This document shows positions 48,099-57,924 of a stretch of DNA of 64,000 nucleotides, piece after piece (position 1 is the first letter of the stretch; each line of letters opens with the position of its first letter). The translations under genes and the position numbers were made by a program. Under the pieces are notes generated by a model, which saw only the letters and a program-made list of their open reading frames with translations, was not told the origin of the DNA and did no database searches. Source of the stretch: Alphaproteobacteria bacterium (lineage in GTDB: Bacteria > Pseudomonadota > Alphaproteobacteria > GCA-2746255); the NCBI GenBank assembly GCA_965249135.1, contig OZ252220.1:1376001-1440000 (forward strand). Reading direction: 5' to 3'.

Positions 48099-50871
48099 AG
48101 TGCGCGTCCGCCCAGTTGGCGGCGGCGTTCGTTTCCACGACGATCGGCACGGAAAGGGCAAGTTTGGGCGCGGTTGCTCTTTCCATCACCCGGGTGACGA
48201 GGGCGGCCGTCGCCTCGACTTCCGCGCTTGGCACCTCGAAGACGAGTTCGTCATGGACCTGCAACAGCATGCGGGCCGCAAGCTTCGCATCTATCAAGGC
48301 TTCCGGCATGCGGATCATCGCGCGCTTGATGATGTCGGCAGCCGTGCCCTGAAGGGGCGCGTTGATGGCGGCGCGCTCGGAGAAGTTCCGCCGCGCCGGG
48401 TTCTTGTCCTTGATGCCGGGCACGAAGCAACGCCGTCCGAATAAGGTCGTGACGAAACCATGGTTCCGGGCGAACACCTTCGTCGCCTCCATGTAGTCGC
48501 GGATGCCGGGGTAGCGTTCGAAATAGGCCTCGATATAGGCCGCAGCCTCCTTTTGCGGAATGCCGAGCTGGCGGGCAAGGCCGAACGGGCTGATCCCGTA
48601 GATGATCCCGAAATTGATCGCCTTCGCCTGGCGGCGGACCATCGGGTCCATGCCCTTGATCGGCACCCCGAAGACCTGGGAGGCGGTCAGCGCATGAATG
48701 TCGACGCCTTCGTGGAAGGCCTCGCGGAGCGTCTCGATCTCAGCCATCTCGGCGAGGAGGCGCAGTTCGATCTGCGAATAGTCGGCGGAAAGCAGCTTCA
48801 TGCCCTTCTCGGCCACGAAGGCCTTGCGGATCTTGCGGCCCTCTTCCGTGCGAACCGGAATGTTCTGGAGGTTCGGATCCGAAGAGGCGAGCCTTCCCGT
48901 CGAGGTCGCCGCCATCGCATAGGACGTATGGACGCGACCCGTCTCCGGGTGGATCTGTTCGGTCAACGCATCCGTATAGGTGCTTTTCAGTTTCGCGATC
49001 TGCCGCCAGTCGAGGACGAGGGCGGGAAGCGCGTGGCCCTCGGCCGCCAGACCTTCGAGCACGTCCGCCCCGGTGCCGTAAGCTCCGGTCTTTCCCTTCC
49101 TGCCACCTTCAAGGCTCATCTCGTCGAAAAGAACCTCGCCAAGCTGTTTCGGCGAGGCGATGTTGAAGGGATGACCCGCGGATTTGTGGATCTTCGTTGC
49201 CAACCCATCCAAGCGCTCCGCGAATTCCGCACTTAGTTTCCGAAGCTGCGTCTTGTCGACGCGGATGCCGGTGCGTTCCATCTCGACCAGAACCGGAACC
49301 AGCGGGCGTTCGAGCGTTTCATAGACCGCCGTCACGTGGGCTTCCGCGAGCCTCGGCTTCAAGAGCCGATGCAGCCTGCCGGTGACGTCGGCGTCTTCGG
49401 CCGCATATTCGCAAGCCTTCTCAAGCGGCACTTCATCGAAGCGGATCTGCTTTTTCCCGCTTCCCGCCACCTCCTTGAACGTAATCGTCTCGATACCGAG
49501 ATGGAGGCGGGCCAACTCGTCCATGCCGTGGCCGTGCAAACCGCCCTCGAGCGCATAGGAAATCAGCATCGTGTCGTCGAAGGGGCTGATCCGAATGTCA
49601 TAGCGCGCCATCACGACCATGTCGTATTTCAGATGCTGGCCGACTTTCAGCACGCTTTCGTCCTCGAGAAGCGGCTTTATGAGCTTGAGCGCCTTTGGAA
49701 AGTCGATCTGGGAAGGCGTCTTGACCGCCCCAACGTCGCGCTCACCGTCGAGGTCGAGCGTCTCTGCCGGAAGGCTGCGGTGAGCCAACGGCACATAACA
49801 GGCCTCGCCCCCGTTAACGGAAAGCGAAAAGCCGACGAGTTCGGCCTGGGTCGCATCGAGACCCGTCGTCTCCGTATCGAAGGCGACGACGCCCGCCTCG
49901 TGGGCCGCCGCGACCCAGGCTTCGAGCCGGTCCAGGCTTTGCACGAGTTCGTAGGCGTGATCCCCGGCTTCCTTGGGTGCCGCGACACCCGGCACGGCGC
50001 CCGGCTTGAGGCGGCTTATCTGACGCGTGACCAGGCGTTTAAAGCCCTGTTCTTCTAGGAATCTCAACAGCTTTTCCGGATCCGGCGGCTTCACCTTGAA
50101 GGCGGCAAGCGCTACCGGGACTTTGACGTCGCGCTTCAACGTGACGAGCTCGCGCGAGATGCGGGCAAGGTCTGCGTTTTCCTTCAGGCGTTCGCGCCGC
50201 TTAGGCTGCTTGATGTCGTCTGCGTGGGCCAGCAGGTTTTCGAGGTCTCCGTATTCCCGGACCAGCTCGGCGGCCGTTTTTATGCCGATCCCCGGCACGC
50301 CCGGCACGTTGTCCGTCGAATCGCCCGCCAGCGCCTGCACCTCGATCACTTGGTCGGGCCCGACGCCGAACTTTTCCTCCACTTCTTTTCGTCCGATCGT
50401 GCGGTTCCGCATCGAATCGAACATCGTGACCTTCTCATTCACGAGTTGCATGAGGTCCTTGTCGGAGGAAACGATCGTGACTTCCGCCCCTTCGTCCGCG
50501 GCAAGGCGCGCATAGGTCGCGATCAAATCGTCCGCCTCATAGCCTTTCAACTCGACCGCCGGAAGATCGAAGGCTTCCGTCGCCTCGCGAATCAACGCGA
50601 ATTGGGGGATGAGGTCTTCCGGCGTCTCAGGGCGGTTTGCCTTGTAGTCTGGATAGATGTCGTTGCGAAAAGTGACCCGGTCCGTATCGAAGATGACGGC
50701 GATGTGGTCGGCGTCGGTGTCGTCGACTAACTTCATCAGCATCTGGGTGAAGCCGAAGACGGCGCCGACGGGCGTTCCGTCCGGACGGGTGAAGGACGGC
50801 AGCGCATGATAGGCGCGGAATATGAATCCGGAACCATCGACCAGGAAAACGTGCTTGGGAGCCTTGCTCAA
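48097..50871 (-). CDS. polA: DNA polymerase I
   Basis: 5'-3' exonuclease (LVDGS, YKANR), 3'-5' exonuclease (FDTETT), polymerase motifs DYSQIELR, KAINFGIIYG, QVHDEL. Confidence 0.97.
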   Translation of the reverse strand: MSKAPKHVFLVDGSGFIFRAYHALPSFTRPDGTPVGAVFGFTQMLMKLVDDTDADHIAVIFDTDRVTFRNDIYPDYKANRPETPEDLIPQFALIREATEAFDLPAVELKGYEADDLIATYARLAADEGAEVTIVSSDKDLMQLVNEKVTMFDSMRNRTIGRKEVEEKFGVGPDQVIEVQALAGDSTDNVPGVPGIGIKTAAELVREYGDLENLLAHADDIKQPKRRERLKENADLARISRELVTLKRDVKVPVALAAFKVKPPDPEKLLRFLEEQGFKRLVTRQISRLKPGAVPGVAAPKEAGDHAYELVQSLDRLEAWVAAAHEAGVVAFDTETTGLDATQAELVGFSLSVNGGEACYVPLAHRSLPAETLDLDGERDVGAVKTPSQIDFPKALKLIKPLLEDESVLKVGQHLKYDMVVMARYDIRISPFDDTMLISYALEGGLHGHGMDELARLHLGIETITFKEVAGSGKKQIRFDEVPLEKACEYAAEDADVTGRLHRLLKPRLAEAHVTAVYETLERPLVPVLVEMERTGIRVDKTQLRKLSAEFAERLDGLATKIHKSAGHPFNIASPKQLGEVLFDEMSLEGGRKGKTGAYGTGADVLEGLAAEGHALPALVLDWRQIAKLKSTYTDALTEQIHPETGRVHTSYAMAATSTGRLASSDPNLQNIPVRTEEGRKIRKAFVAEKGMKLLSADYSQIELRLLAEMAEIETLREAFHEGVDIHALTASQVFGVPIKGMDPMVRRQAKAINFGIIYGISPFGLARQLGIPQKEAAAYIEAYFERYPGIRDYMEATKVFARNHGFVTTLFGRRCFVPGIKDKNPARRNFSERAAINAPLQGTAADIIKRAMIRMPEALIDAKLAARMLLQVHDELVFEVPSAEVEATAALVTRVMERATAPKLALSVPIVVETNAAANWADAH

Positions 50872-50889
50872 GACTTCGTGCTTTCCGAT

Positions 50890-51048
50890 CTAACCCTTCG
50901 GTTTCAGAACGTAATGGCGCGAGCAATAGGGACAGACGACCTCGCCCCGGTCTTCCATGTCGAGAAAAACGCGGGGGTGTCCCGCCGCCCCACCGCCGCC
51001 GTCGCACGCCACGACGAGTTCGTCAGCCTCAATGGTTTCGTCTTCCAT
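50890..51048 (-). CDS. zf-CHCC zinc-finger protein (NDUFS6-like)
   Basis: 52 aa, VACDGGGGAAGHPRVFL...CPYCS; C-terminus of the 50890..52128 track ORF with its own ATG and AGGA RBS. Confidence 0.88.
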   Translation of the reverse strand: MEDETIEADELVVACDGGGGAAGHPRVFLDMEDRGEVVCPYCSRHYVLKPKG

Positions 51049-51062
51049 CTTCCTGCTCTTCT

Positions 51063-51104
51063 CTTGATCCCGTGGCCTTGATCCCATGGCCTTGATCCCG
51101 TAGG
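51063..51104. repeat. 14-bp imperfect triple direct repeat in a divergent intergenic region
   Basis: CTTGATCCCGTGGC, CTTGATCCCATGGC, CTTGATCCCGTAGG. Confidence 0.9.
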
Positions 51105-51162
51105 CGTTTCGACGGATGATACCGATTGGAAGCCGACAATCAACTACCAGCCCAATCGACGC

Positions 51163-52167
51163 ATGCGGATGGACACACCGACCGAAGGAACGGCGGCACC
51201 CAGGCTTACCGAAAACGCCATAGAAATCCGCGGCCTCAAGAAAGTCTACGGCGGCAACGGGCGCAAGGGCGGGGTGCTGGCGCTCGAGAATTTCGACCTC
51301 GCGATCCCGCGCGGCGCCTTCTTCGGTCTGCTGGGCCCGAACGGAGCCGGAAAATCGACGCTGATCAACATCCTGGCCGGGCTCGCCGTGAAGACGGCCG
51401 GCCAGGTGACGGTGTGGGGCTTTGACCTCGACCGGGAGCCGCGATTCGTGCGTGCCTCGATCGGCGCCGTGCCCCAGGAGCTCAACATCGATCCTTTCTT
51501 CACGCCGCGGGAGGCGCTGGAGGTCCAGGCCGGATTCTACGGCATGCCTAGGTCTGAGCGGCGGACGGACGAAATCTTGCGCGCGCTCCATCTGGCGGAC
51601 AAGGCGGATGCGTATGCGCGCGGTCTTTCCGGTGGCATGCGTAGGCGCCTTTTGATCGCGAAGGCGATGGTGCATTCGCCACCCATCCTGGTCCTCGACG
51701 AGCCGTCGGCGGGCATCGACGTCGAGCTTCGCCAGCAGCTCTGGGACCTGATCCGCGAATTGAACGCCAAGGGCACGACGGTGCTGTTGACCACCCACTA
51801 TTTGGAAGAAGCCGAACAGCTTTGCGATCAGATCGCCATCATCCATGAGGGCCGGCTCGTCGCCTGCGACAGGACCGAAGCGTTGCTTCGCCGGATAGAC
51901 AAGCGGGAAATCGCCATCATCGTGGCCGAGGATCTTACCCGGGTGCCGGACGCGCTGAACCGGTTCCGTGTCACCCTTCGTCCGCCGCGCTCTCTCTTCT
52001 TCGGTTTCCGCACGAGCGAGACCGGCATCGTCGAGATCCTGGAAAGCGTGCGCAAGGCGGGACTCACGGTCACCGACCTTTCGACGAAGGAAGGCGATTT
52101 GCAGGACCTTTTCCTGCAGCTCACGCAAAGTTCCAAAGGAAAGAGCGAAGAGGCGGAGGCCGGGTGA
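51163..52167 (+). CDS. ABC-2 type transporter ATP-binding protein (YadG-like)
   Basis: GPNGAGKST, LSGGMRRR, LDEPSAG, LTTHYLEEAE. Confidence 0.92.
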   Translation: MRMDTPTEGTAAPRLTENAIEIRGLKKVYGGNGRKGGVLALENFDLAIPRGAFFGLLGPNGAGKSTLINILAGLAVKTAGQVTVWGFDLDREPRFVRASIGAVPQELNIDPFFTPREALEVQAGFYGMPRSERRTDEILRALHLADKADAYARGLSGGMRRRLLIAKAMVHSPPILVLDEPSAGIDVELRQQLWDLIRELNAKGTTVLLTTHYLEEAEQLCDQIAIIHEGRLVACDRTEALLRRIDKREIAIIVAEDLTRVPDALNRFRVTLRPPRSLFFGFRTSETGIVEILESVRKAGLTVTDLSTKEGDLQDLFLQLTQSSKGKSEEAEAG

Positions 52168-53153
52168 TGCGAAGGCGCACCCTCGCCATCCTGATCTTGC
52201 TGGCTGCGGCCTGCGCGCCGCTGGTGAAAAGCGCCGGGCCCGAACGGGTCGAACCTCAGCTGCTCGCCGAGGCCGTGCGCATGGCGGACGGCGTCGAGCT
52301 CAGGCTCGCCCGCTTCTTCCCCGAAGAAGGCGAGCCACGGGCGATCTTGCTGGCGCTGCATGGCTACAACGACTACCGGAACGCCTTCGCCGATCCGGCG
52401 GTGCATCTGAACGAAGCGGGAATCGCGATCTATGCCTATGACCAGCGAGGATTCGGCGGGAGCCCAAGCCGCGGCTTCTGGCCAGGCACGCGCGCATTGA
52501 CGGAAGACCTAAGAACCGCAGCCGCACTTGTTCGTAACGCACATCCCAAGACGCCGCTTTACTTGCTCGGGAATTCCATGGGCGGCGCCGTGCTGCTCAT
52601 CGCCATGGCCGAATCCCCCATCGATGCAGACGGCATCATTCTTGCCGCACCCGCCGTGCGCTCGCGCGATACGATGTTCTTCTTCACGCCGGTGAGCCTT
52701 TGGATCGCCGCCCACACGATCCCCTGGGTGAAACTCACCGGCCGCGACCTCGACATCCGCCCCTCTGACAATGTCGCGATGCTGAAGAAACTGGGCCGAG
52801 ATCCCCATATCCTGAAGGAAAGCCGGATCGACGCGCTCTATGGGCTCGTCAATCTGATGGACGCGGCACTGGCGGCGACGCCCCGGGTCCAGGCGCCGGC
52901 CCTTCTTCTTTATGGAAAGAAGGACAAATTGATCCCGAACGACGTCTTTCGGGCGATGCTGGAGAGGCTGCCCAGCCCAAGGCCGGAGGATTTAAAGATC
53001 GCCATCTATGGGGAAGGCTTCCACATGCTCTTACGCGACCTTAAGGCTGCGATCGTGCTCGAAGACGTCGTCGCCTGGATCAAGGATCGGGAGACAGCGC
53101 TTCCTTCCGGCGCGGAAGGCACCGTCACGGCCTGGATCGAGAACGGCGAATGA
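52167..53153 (+). CDS. Alpha/beta hydrolase (lysophospholipase-like), probable lipoprotein
   Basis: LAAAC lipobox, HGYND, DQRGFG, GNSMGG nucleophile elbow, HML. Confidence 0.88.
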   Translation: MRRRTLAILILLAAACAPLVKSAGPERVEPQLLAEAVRMADGVELRLARFFPEEGEPRAILLALHGYNDYRNAFADPAVHLNEAGIAIYAYDQRGFGGSPSRGFWPGTRALTEDLRTAAALVRNAHPKTPLYLLGNSMGGAVLLIAMAESPIDADGIILAAPAVRSRDTMFFFTPVSLWIAAHTIPWVKLTGRDLDIRPSDNVAMLKKLGRDPHILKESRIDALYGLVNLMDAALAATPRVQAPALLLYGKKDKLIPNDVFRAMLERLPSPRPEDLKIAIYGEGFHMLLRDLKAAIVLEDVVAWIKDRETALPSGAEGTVTAWIENGE

Positions 53154-53192
53154 GGTAGGGTTTTCGCCGGTCTTAAAGCAGCGAGGCCTTAA

Positions 53193-53269
<77 letters not shown>

Positions 53270-53302
53270 GCGCTTCAAGCTTAAACGCTACTCTTTACGT
53301 CT

Positions 53303-53896
53303 TTACTCAAACCGGCCGCACTCGCGCGCGCCCTCGCCCCAGAAGTCTGTGCACTGGGCCTTCGTCATCTCGCCCTTGCCCTTGATCTTCGCGATCACGT
53401 AAGCCGCGACGCGGGCGATGTCGGGCTCGCGGAGACGCTTCGCCGGCTTCGGCGGCCTGTCTGGCCCAAGCTCGTCCCACGTCATCCCGAAGCAGTCGTA
53501 GCCCTTGTAGGCCTTGCGGTGAAAGGCCGGCATGCCGGTGCCGGGCCGGCCGCAGGCGACGACCTCAACGATCTGATCAACGTCGAGGATGGTCTCGCGG
53601 AGCGAGGGCGCCGCACCGCCGTAGCTGCCGCCGCCGCCGCCATGCCATTTGTGGCAGCCGACGCAGTTCGCCTGTCTGTAGACATGCTTGCCGCGGGCAA
53701 GTTCATCCGGGCCTTCGCCCTCGATCTTCGGCGCACGACCCACGGCAGGTCCCGCCGCCAGCTGTTCCGCCGTCTCAATCGGTGTGGCTTCGTGCGAATT
53801 TGCCGGCTCCAGCTTGCCGCCGAGCCAAAGCGCCAACAGCATGCCGCAGGCCAGCAACACGGCAATCAGCGAAGGGACGAAGGTCTTCGGGTTCAT
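53303..53896 (-). CDS. Monoheme cytochrome c, probable partner of the PQQ dehydrogenase
   Basis: CVGCH, GTGMPAF axial Met, four further Cys in the mature region; N-terminal hydrophobic segment. Confidence 0.85.
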   Translation of the reverse strand: MNPKTFVPSLIAVLLACGMLLALWLGGKLEPANSHEATPIETAEQLAAGPAVGRAPKIEGEGPDELARGKHVYRQANCVGCHKWHGGGGGSYGGAAPSLRETILDVDQIVEVVACGRPGTGMPAFHRKAYKGYDCFGMTWDELGPDRPPKPAKRLREPDIARVAAYVIAKIKGKGEMTKAQCTDFWGEGARECGRFE

Positions 53897-53990
53897 GGCA
53901 GGGCTAGCATACCACGCGCGAGAAAGGGTAAGGGGATACCCCGCCAGTCCCGGCGGAGCACCTTATCCTCCCTAAACTTCGATGGTTTTC

Positions 53991-55778
53991 TTAAGGCAGC
54001 GCGAAGATGAAGAGCATCGCGCCGGGCTTCACCTTCTCGAGCCCTTTCGTTCCGCTGATGAACCACTTCGGCCAGGAGCCACCGAGACCCACGGTAAGCG
54101 CCACATATTGCTTGCCATCGATCGCGTAGGTGACGGGCGGCGCGTTGATGCCGGCGCCCGTCTCGAACCGCCAGAGCTCGTCCAAGGACTTCCCGTCAAG
54201 CGCCACGAAGGCCCCTTCCGGATAGCCGACGAAGACGAGGTCGCCTGCCGTCGCCAGCACGCCGCCCAGCATCGGATAGGTAGTTTCCTCTTTGGCGGTG
54301 ACCTTGCCCGTCGTAACGTCGACCGCCGTCACGCTGCCGGTGATCGCGCTGGGTTGTTTCGGCCCGCCGCCGGTGAACCATTCCCGATGCTTATGGTCGC
54401 CCGGATTGACGACCGTGAGATCGAGCTGGTTGCAGCTTTCGATGACCGGGATGTAGACGACTTTACGTTCCGGGTTGTAGGCCATCGGTGGCCAGTTCTT
54501 GCCGCCCATGTTGCCGGGGCAGGGATTGCCCGTCTTGTTCTCGCGGGTCGCCGCCGAGCCGGGCTCGTAAGGTTGCACGTCCTTCTCGGGATCGTAGGAG
54601 AGTGGCCGGCCCGTCTTCGGATCGAGCCCCTTCGTCCAGTTCAGTTTCTTCACGAACTGGGTTGCCCAGAGGAAGGCCCCGCTCACACGGTCGAGCGCAT
54701 AGACGTAGCCGTTGCGGTCCGCATGGAGGGCCATCTTCTTGTCGTCAATATCGACGAGGATGTGTTCGGAGGTCGCGTCGTAGTCGAAGGGATCGTTCGG
54801 CGTGTACTGGAAGTGCCACTTGATCTCGCCGGTTGAGGCGTCCAGTGCGAGTGCGCTGGCCGAGTAGAGGTTGTCGCCGGGGCGGTAGGCGTTGTCCCAA
54901 TCCGGGCCCGGATTGCCGGTCCCCCAGTAGATGAGGTCGAGGTCCGCATCGTAAGTGCCGGTGACCCAGGTCGATCCGCCGCCCGTCTTCCAGGCCTCGT
55001 GGTCGTCCTTCCAGGTCTCGTGGCCCGGCTCGCCGGGGGCGGGGATCGTGTAGGTGCGCCAGACTTCCTCGCCGGTCAGCAGATCCGTCGCCGCCAGCCA
55101 GCCACGGATCCCGTACTCGCCGCCGGCAATTCCGGTAATCGCCAGGTTCTTGACGATCAAGGGCGCCGCCGTGATCGTCTCGGACTTGTCGGGATCGGCA
55201 ACCTTGCGCTCCCAGATCAGCTCGCCCGTCTTCTTGTCGAGAACCAGCAACCGCCCGTCGAGGACGTGGGAGACGACCTTATTATTCCACAGGGCGATGC
55301 CCCGGTTGTTGACGCCGCAGCAGGTGACGTTGCCGGCCCAGTCGCGGTCGATCTCGGGATCGTATTCCCAGACGAGGCGGGGGATCCCATCCCGCACATC
55401 GAATTTGTAGACGGTGCCCCAGCCATCGGGGATGTATAGGTAGCCATCCTCGACGATCGGGGTCGCCTCATAGCCCGCGAAGGGCCAGATGCCACCCGCC
55501 TGGATGCCACCCAACGCTATCGTGCCGGTGACCTGCAGTTCCTTGACGTTCTTGCGGTTGATCGCGTCGAGGCGCGAGAAGCGGTGGGCCTCGTAATTGC
55601 CGTGATGGGTGATCCAGTTTTCCGGCTCCTTGTAGGTATTCATGAGCCGTTCGTTCGTCACCTGGGCGACCGCACCCTCCATTTCACCGCTCTCGATGAA
55701 GAGCGCAAGCGCCAGCAAGGCGGCGCCTATAACGGCCACGATCCAAGGCCAGTTTTTCGTGCTTGTCTCGGACGTCAT
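53991..55778 (-). CDS. PQQ-dependent dehydrogenase, methanol/ethanol family, candidate lanthanide-dependent
   Basis: Vicinal CCGVNNRG, GGEYGIRG, WGTGNP, TPNDPFDYD, CPG..GGKNW; ATG 55778 after GGGGGAC. Confidence 0.9.
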   Translation of the reverse strand: MTSETSTKNWPWIVAVIGAALLALALFIESGEMEGAVAQVTNERLMNTYKEPENWITHHGNYEAHRFSRLDAINRKNVKELQVTGTIALGGIQAGGIWPFAGYEATPIVEDGYLYIPDGWGTVYKFDVRDGIPRLVWEYDPEIDRDWAGNVTCCGVNNRGIALWNNKVVSHVLDGRLLVLDKKTGELIWERKVADPDKSETITAAPLIVKNLAITGIAGGEYGIRGWLAATDLLTGEEVWRTYTIPAPGEPGHETWKDDHEAWKTGGGSTWVTGTYDADLDLIYWGTGNPGPDWDNAYRPGDNLYSASALALDASTGEIKWHFQYTPNDPFDYDATSEHILVDIDDKKMALHADRNGYVYALDRVSGAFLWATQFVKKLNWTKGLDPKTGRPLSYDPEKDVQPYEPGSAATRENKTGNPCPGNMGGKNWPPMAYNPERKVVYIPVIESCNQLDLTVVNPGDHKHREWFTGGGPKQPSAITGSVTAVDVTTGKVTAKEETTYPMLGGVLATAGDLVFVGYPEGAFVALDGKSLDELWRFETGAGINAPPVTYAIDGKQYVALTVGLGGSWPKWFISGTKGLEKVKPGAMLFIFALP

Positions 55779-56060
55779 GGATGTCCCCCCGCCTTCGTTC
55801 GATTTTTTCCGGCCCAAACGGCCGGGCCTGATTTCTTCCATGATGCCGCCTTCTCGGTAGGCTGCCAAGCCCCCTTTTAGCCTGCGGGCCCACGGCGAAA
55901 ACTGCCGGTTTTTAAGGCCATGCGCGCCCTTCCGGCGCCCATTTTTCGGTTGAAGAAGGCGGGGCGGCTGGCCCACACTCCCCTTCTTCCGCGCGTCGAG
56001 ACGGCGCGCGGAAGAAAAAGCGAGCGGCCTTAAGCGAGAAGCCTTATAGCTGAGAAAGCG

Positions 56061-57860
56061 ATGAACCGCCAGCAACGCCGAAAGCAGACCCACGCGTCCC
56101 GGCGAAAGGGAAATCCTTCTCGCAGCGACGGTTTCTCGGATCAACGGCTGGACGACGGGCTTCGCCTGCATCAGCGCGGCGAGTTCGAACGGGCCGAAGC
56201 GATTTACAGGAACGTCCTGCGCCAGCAGCCGGACCATCCAGAGGCACTGCACCTGTTGGGTGTCCTTCTTCATCAAAGAGGCGCCGGCGAGGAGGCGGTT
56301 GCCACCATCGAGCGGGCGCTCGAGAAGGACCCGCAATCGGCGGACGCCACTTACAACCTTGCCGATATCCTGCTCGCCCAAGGCAAGACGGCGGAGGCCG
56401 TCCAACGCTTCCGGCATGCGCTGACACTTCGTCCCGACTTCCCGGAAGCGGCCATCAGCTTAGGCATTGCCCTTCGCAGCCATGGCGAGATGGACCAGGC
56501 TCTTGCCCAGCTTCGCGAGGCGGCGGAGAACTACCCGGATTTCGCGGAGGCCCACTACAATCTCGGCGACACGCTGCGCATCCAAAACGAACTCGGCGAG
56601 GCGAAGGCGGCGTTCGAAAAGGCGCTCGACGTCCGCGCCGATTTCGCGGAAGCCGAGAACAACCTGGCGAGCATCCTGCGCACCGAAGGGGACATCGAGG
56701 GCGCCGCCCGACACATCGAGAACGCCCTTCGGATCAATCCGGATTTTGCCGAGGCCCACAACAACCTCGGCAATATCCGAAAAGCAAAGGGGGTGCTTGA
56801 AGAGGCGATCCCGCATTTCGAAGAGGCCATCCGGCTTCGTCCCGATTTCGCCGAGGCCCACTACAATCTGGGCAACACCTATCTGGCGACGGGCCGGATC
56901 GCGGAAGCAACCCAAGCTTTTAAGAAGGCGCTCGCGCTCAATCCGGATTTCGAGAACGCGCGCGCCAGTCTTTCCGAAGCCCAGCAGCGGCAGGTGCCGC
57001 GCTGGCACTTCGCCATGATGAACGACCGCGCCCGCAACGATGCTTACGACCAGGCGATCCGTGAGGCCATCTCGGAAGATCGGACGGTGCTGGATATCGG
57101 GTCCGGTGCCGGTTTGCTTTCGATGATGGCGGCGTGCGCCGGAGCGAAGCACGTCACTGCCTGCGAGACCGTCGCCCCGATCGCCGAAATGGCCGGCCGC
57201 ATCATCAAGGAAAACGGTCTTTCCGAACGCGTGACGGTCGTGGCGAAGCATTCCTACAATTTGAAGATCGGGGACGACCTTCCCGAGCGGGCCGACGTGA
57301 TGGTGACGGAACTTCTGAACGCCGGTTTTCTCGGCGAGGGAATCCTGCAGGTCATTCAGCATGCGCGAGCGAATCTTTTGAAGCCCGATGCAACGATCAT
57401 CCCGCAGGGTGGCACCGTTTATGCGGCGTTGATCGAGAGCGAGCGCCTCGTCGAAGAGGACCGCGTGAGCGAGGCGGCCGGTTTCGACGTCCGGCCCTTC
57501 AACGAATTTGCGAACGCCGAATATTTGACGAAGCGTCTGAATGCCTACCCGCACCAATTTCTTTCCGAGTCGGTGGAAGTCTTCTCCTTCGACTTCCTGG
57601 GCAAGCCCGCGAAACCGGAGACGAAGGCAATCCCGATCACCGCCACGGCAAGCGGCACCTGCCATGGGATTGTCCTGTGGTTTCGCTTAGAACTGACGGA
57701 CGCGATTTTCATCGAGACGAAGCCACGCGAGGCGGACACCCATTGGCGCCAAGCGATCTATCTCGAGGAAACGCCGCGCAAGCTGCAAACGGGCGAAGGC
57801 TGCCGGCTGCTGGCAAGCCACGATTGCCGTTACATTTCATTGAAACTGGCCGCCGACTGA
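56061..57860 (+). CDS. TPR-repeat protein fused to a PRMT-type SAM-dependent methyltransferase
   Basis: About eight TPRs (AEAHYNLG type), then RWHFAMMNDRARN, VLDIGSGAGLLSM, double-E loop VTELLNAGFLGEG, THW loop DTHWRQ. Confidence 0.85.
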   Translation: MNRQQRRKQTHASRRKGNPSRSDGFSDQRLDDGLRLHQRGEFERAEAIYRNVLRQQPDHPEALHLLGVLLHQRGAGEEAVATIERALEKDPQSADATYNLADILLAQGKTAEAVQRFRHALTLRPDFPEAAISLGIALRSHGEMDQALAQLREAAENYPDFAEAHYNLGDTLRIQNELGEAKAAFEKALDVRADFAEAENNLASILRTEGDIEGAARHIENALRINPDFAEAHNNLGNIRKAKGVLEEAIPHFEEAIRLRPDFAEAHYNLGNTYLATGRIAEATQAFKKALALNPDFENARASLSEAQQRQVPRWHFAMMNDRARNDAYDQAIREAISEDRTVLDIGSGAGLLSMMAACAGAKHVTACETVAPIAEMAGRIIKENGLSERVTVVAKHSYNLKIGDDLPERADVMVTELLNAGFLGEGILQVIQHARANLLKPDATIIPQGGTVYAALIESERLVEEDRVSEAAGFDVRPFNEFANAEYLTKRLNAYPHQFLSESVEVFSFDFLGKPAKPETKAIPITATASGTCHGIVLWFRLELTDAIFIETKPREADTHWRQAIYLEETPRKLQTGEGCRLLASHDCRYISLKLAAD

Positions 57861-57924
57861 CCGGTTTGGACGGCCGATCTCGCGAAAGCATTGGGCACGC
57901 AAAAGCATTGGGAGAGGTTAAGAC

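Noticed and set aside
51049-52128. 412-aa minus-strand ORF ending in a zinc finger
   Set aside because: Only the last 52 codons are a real gene; the rest is antisense to the ABC ATPase.
55779-56417. Apparent 213-aa N-terminal extension of the PQQ dehydrogenase (808-aa track ORF)
   Set aside because: It overlaps the divergent TPR-PRMT gene; the signal-like N-terminus and RBS fit a start at 55778.
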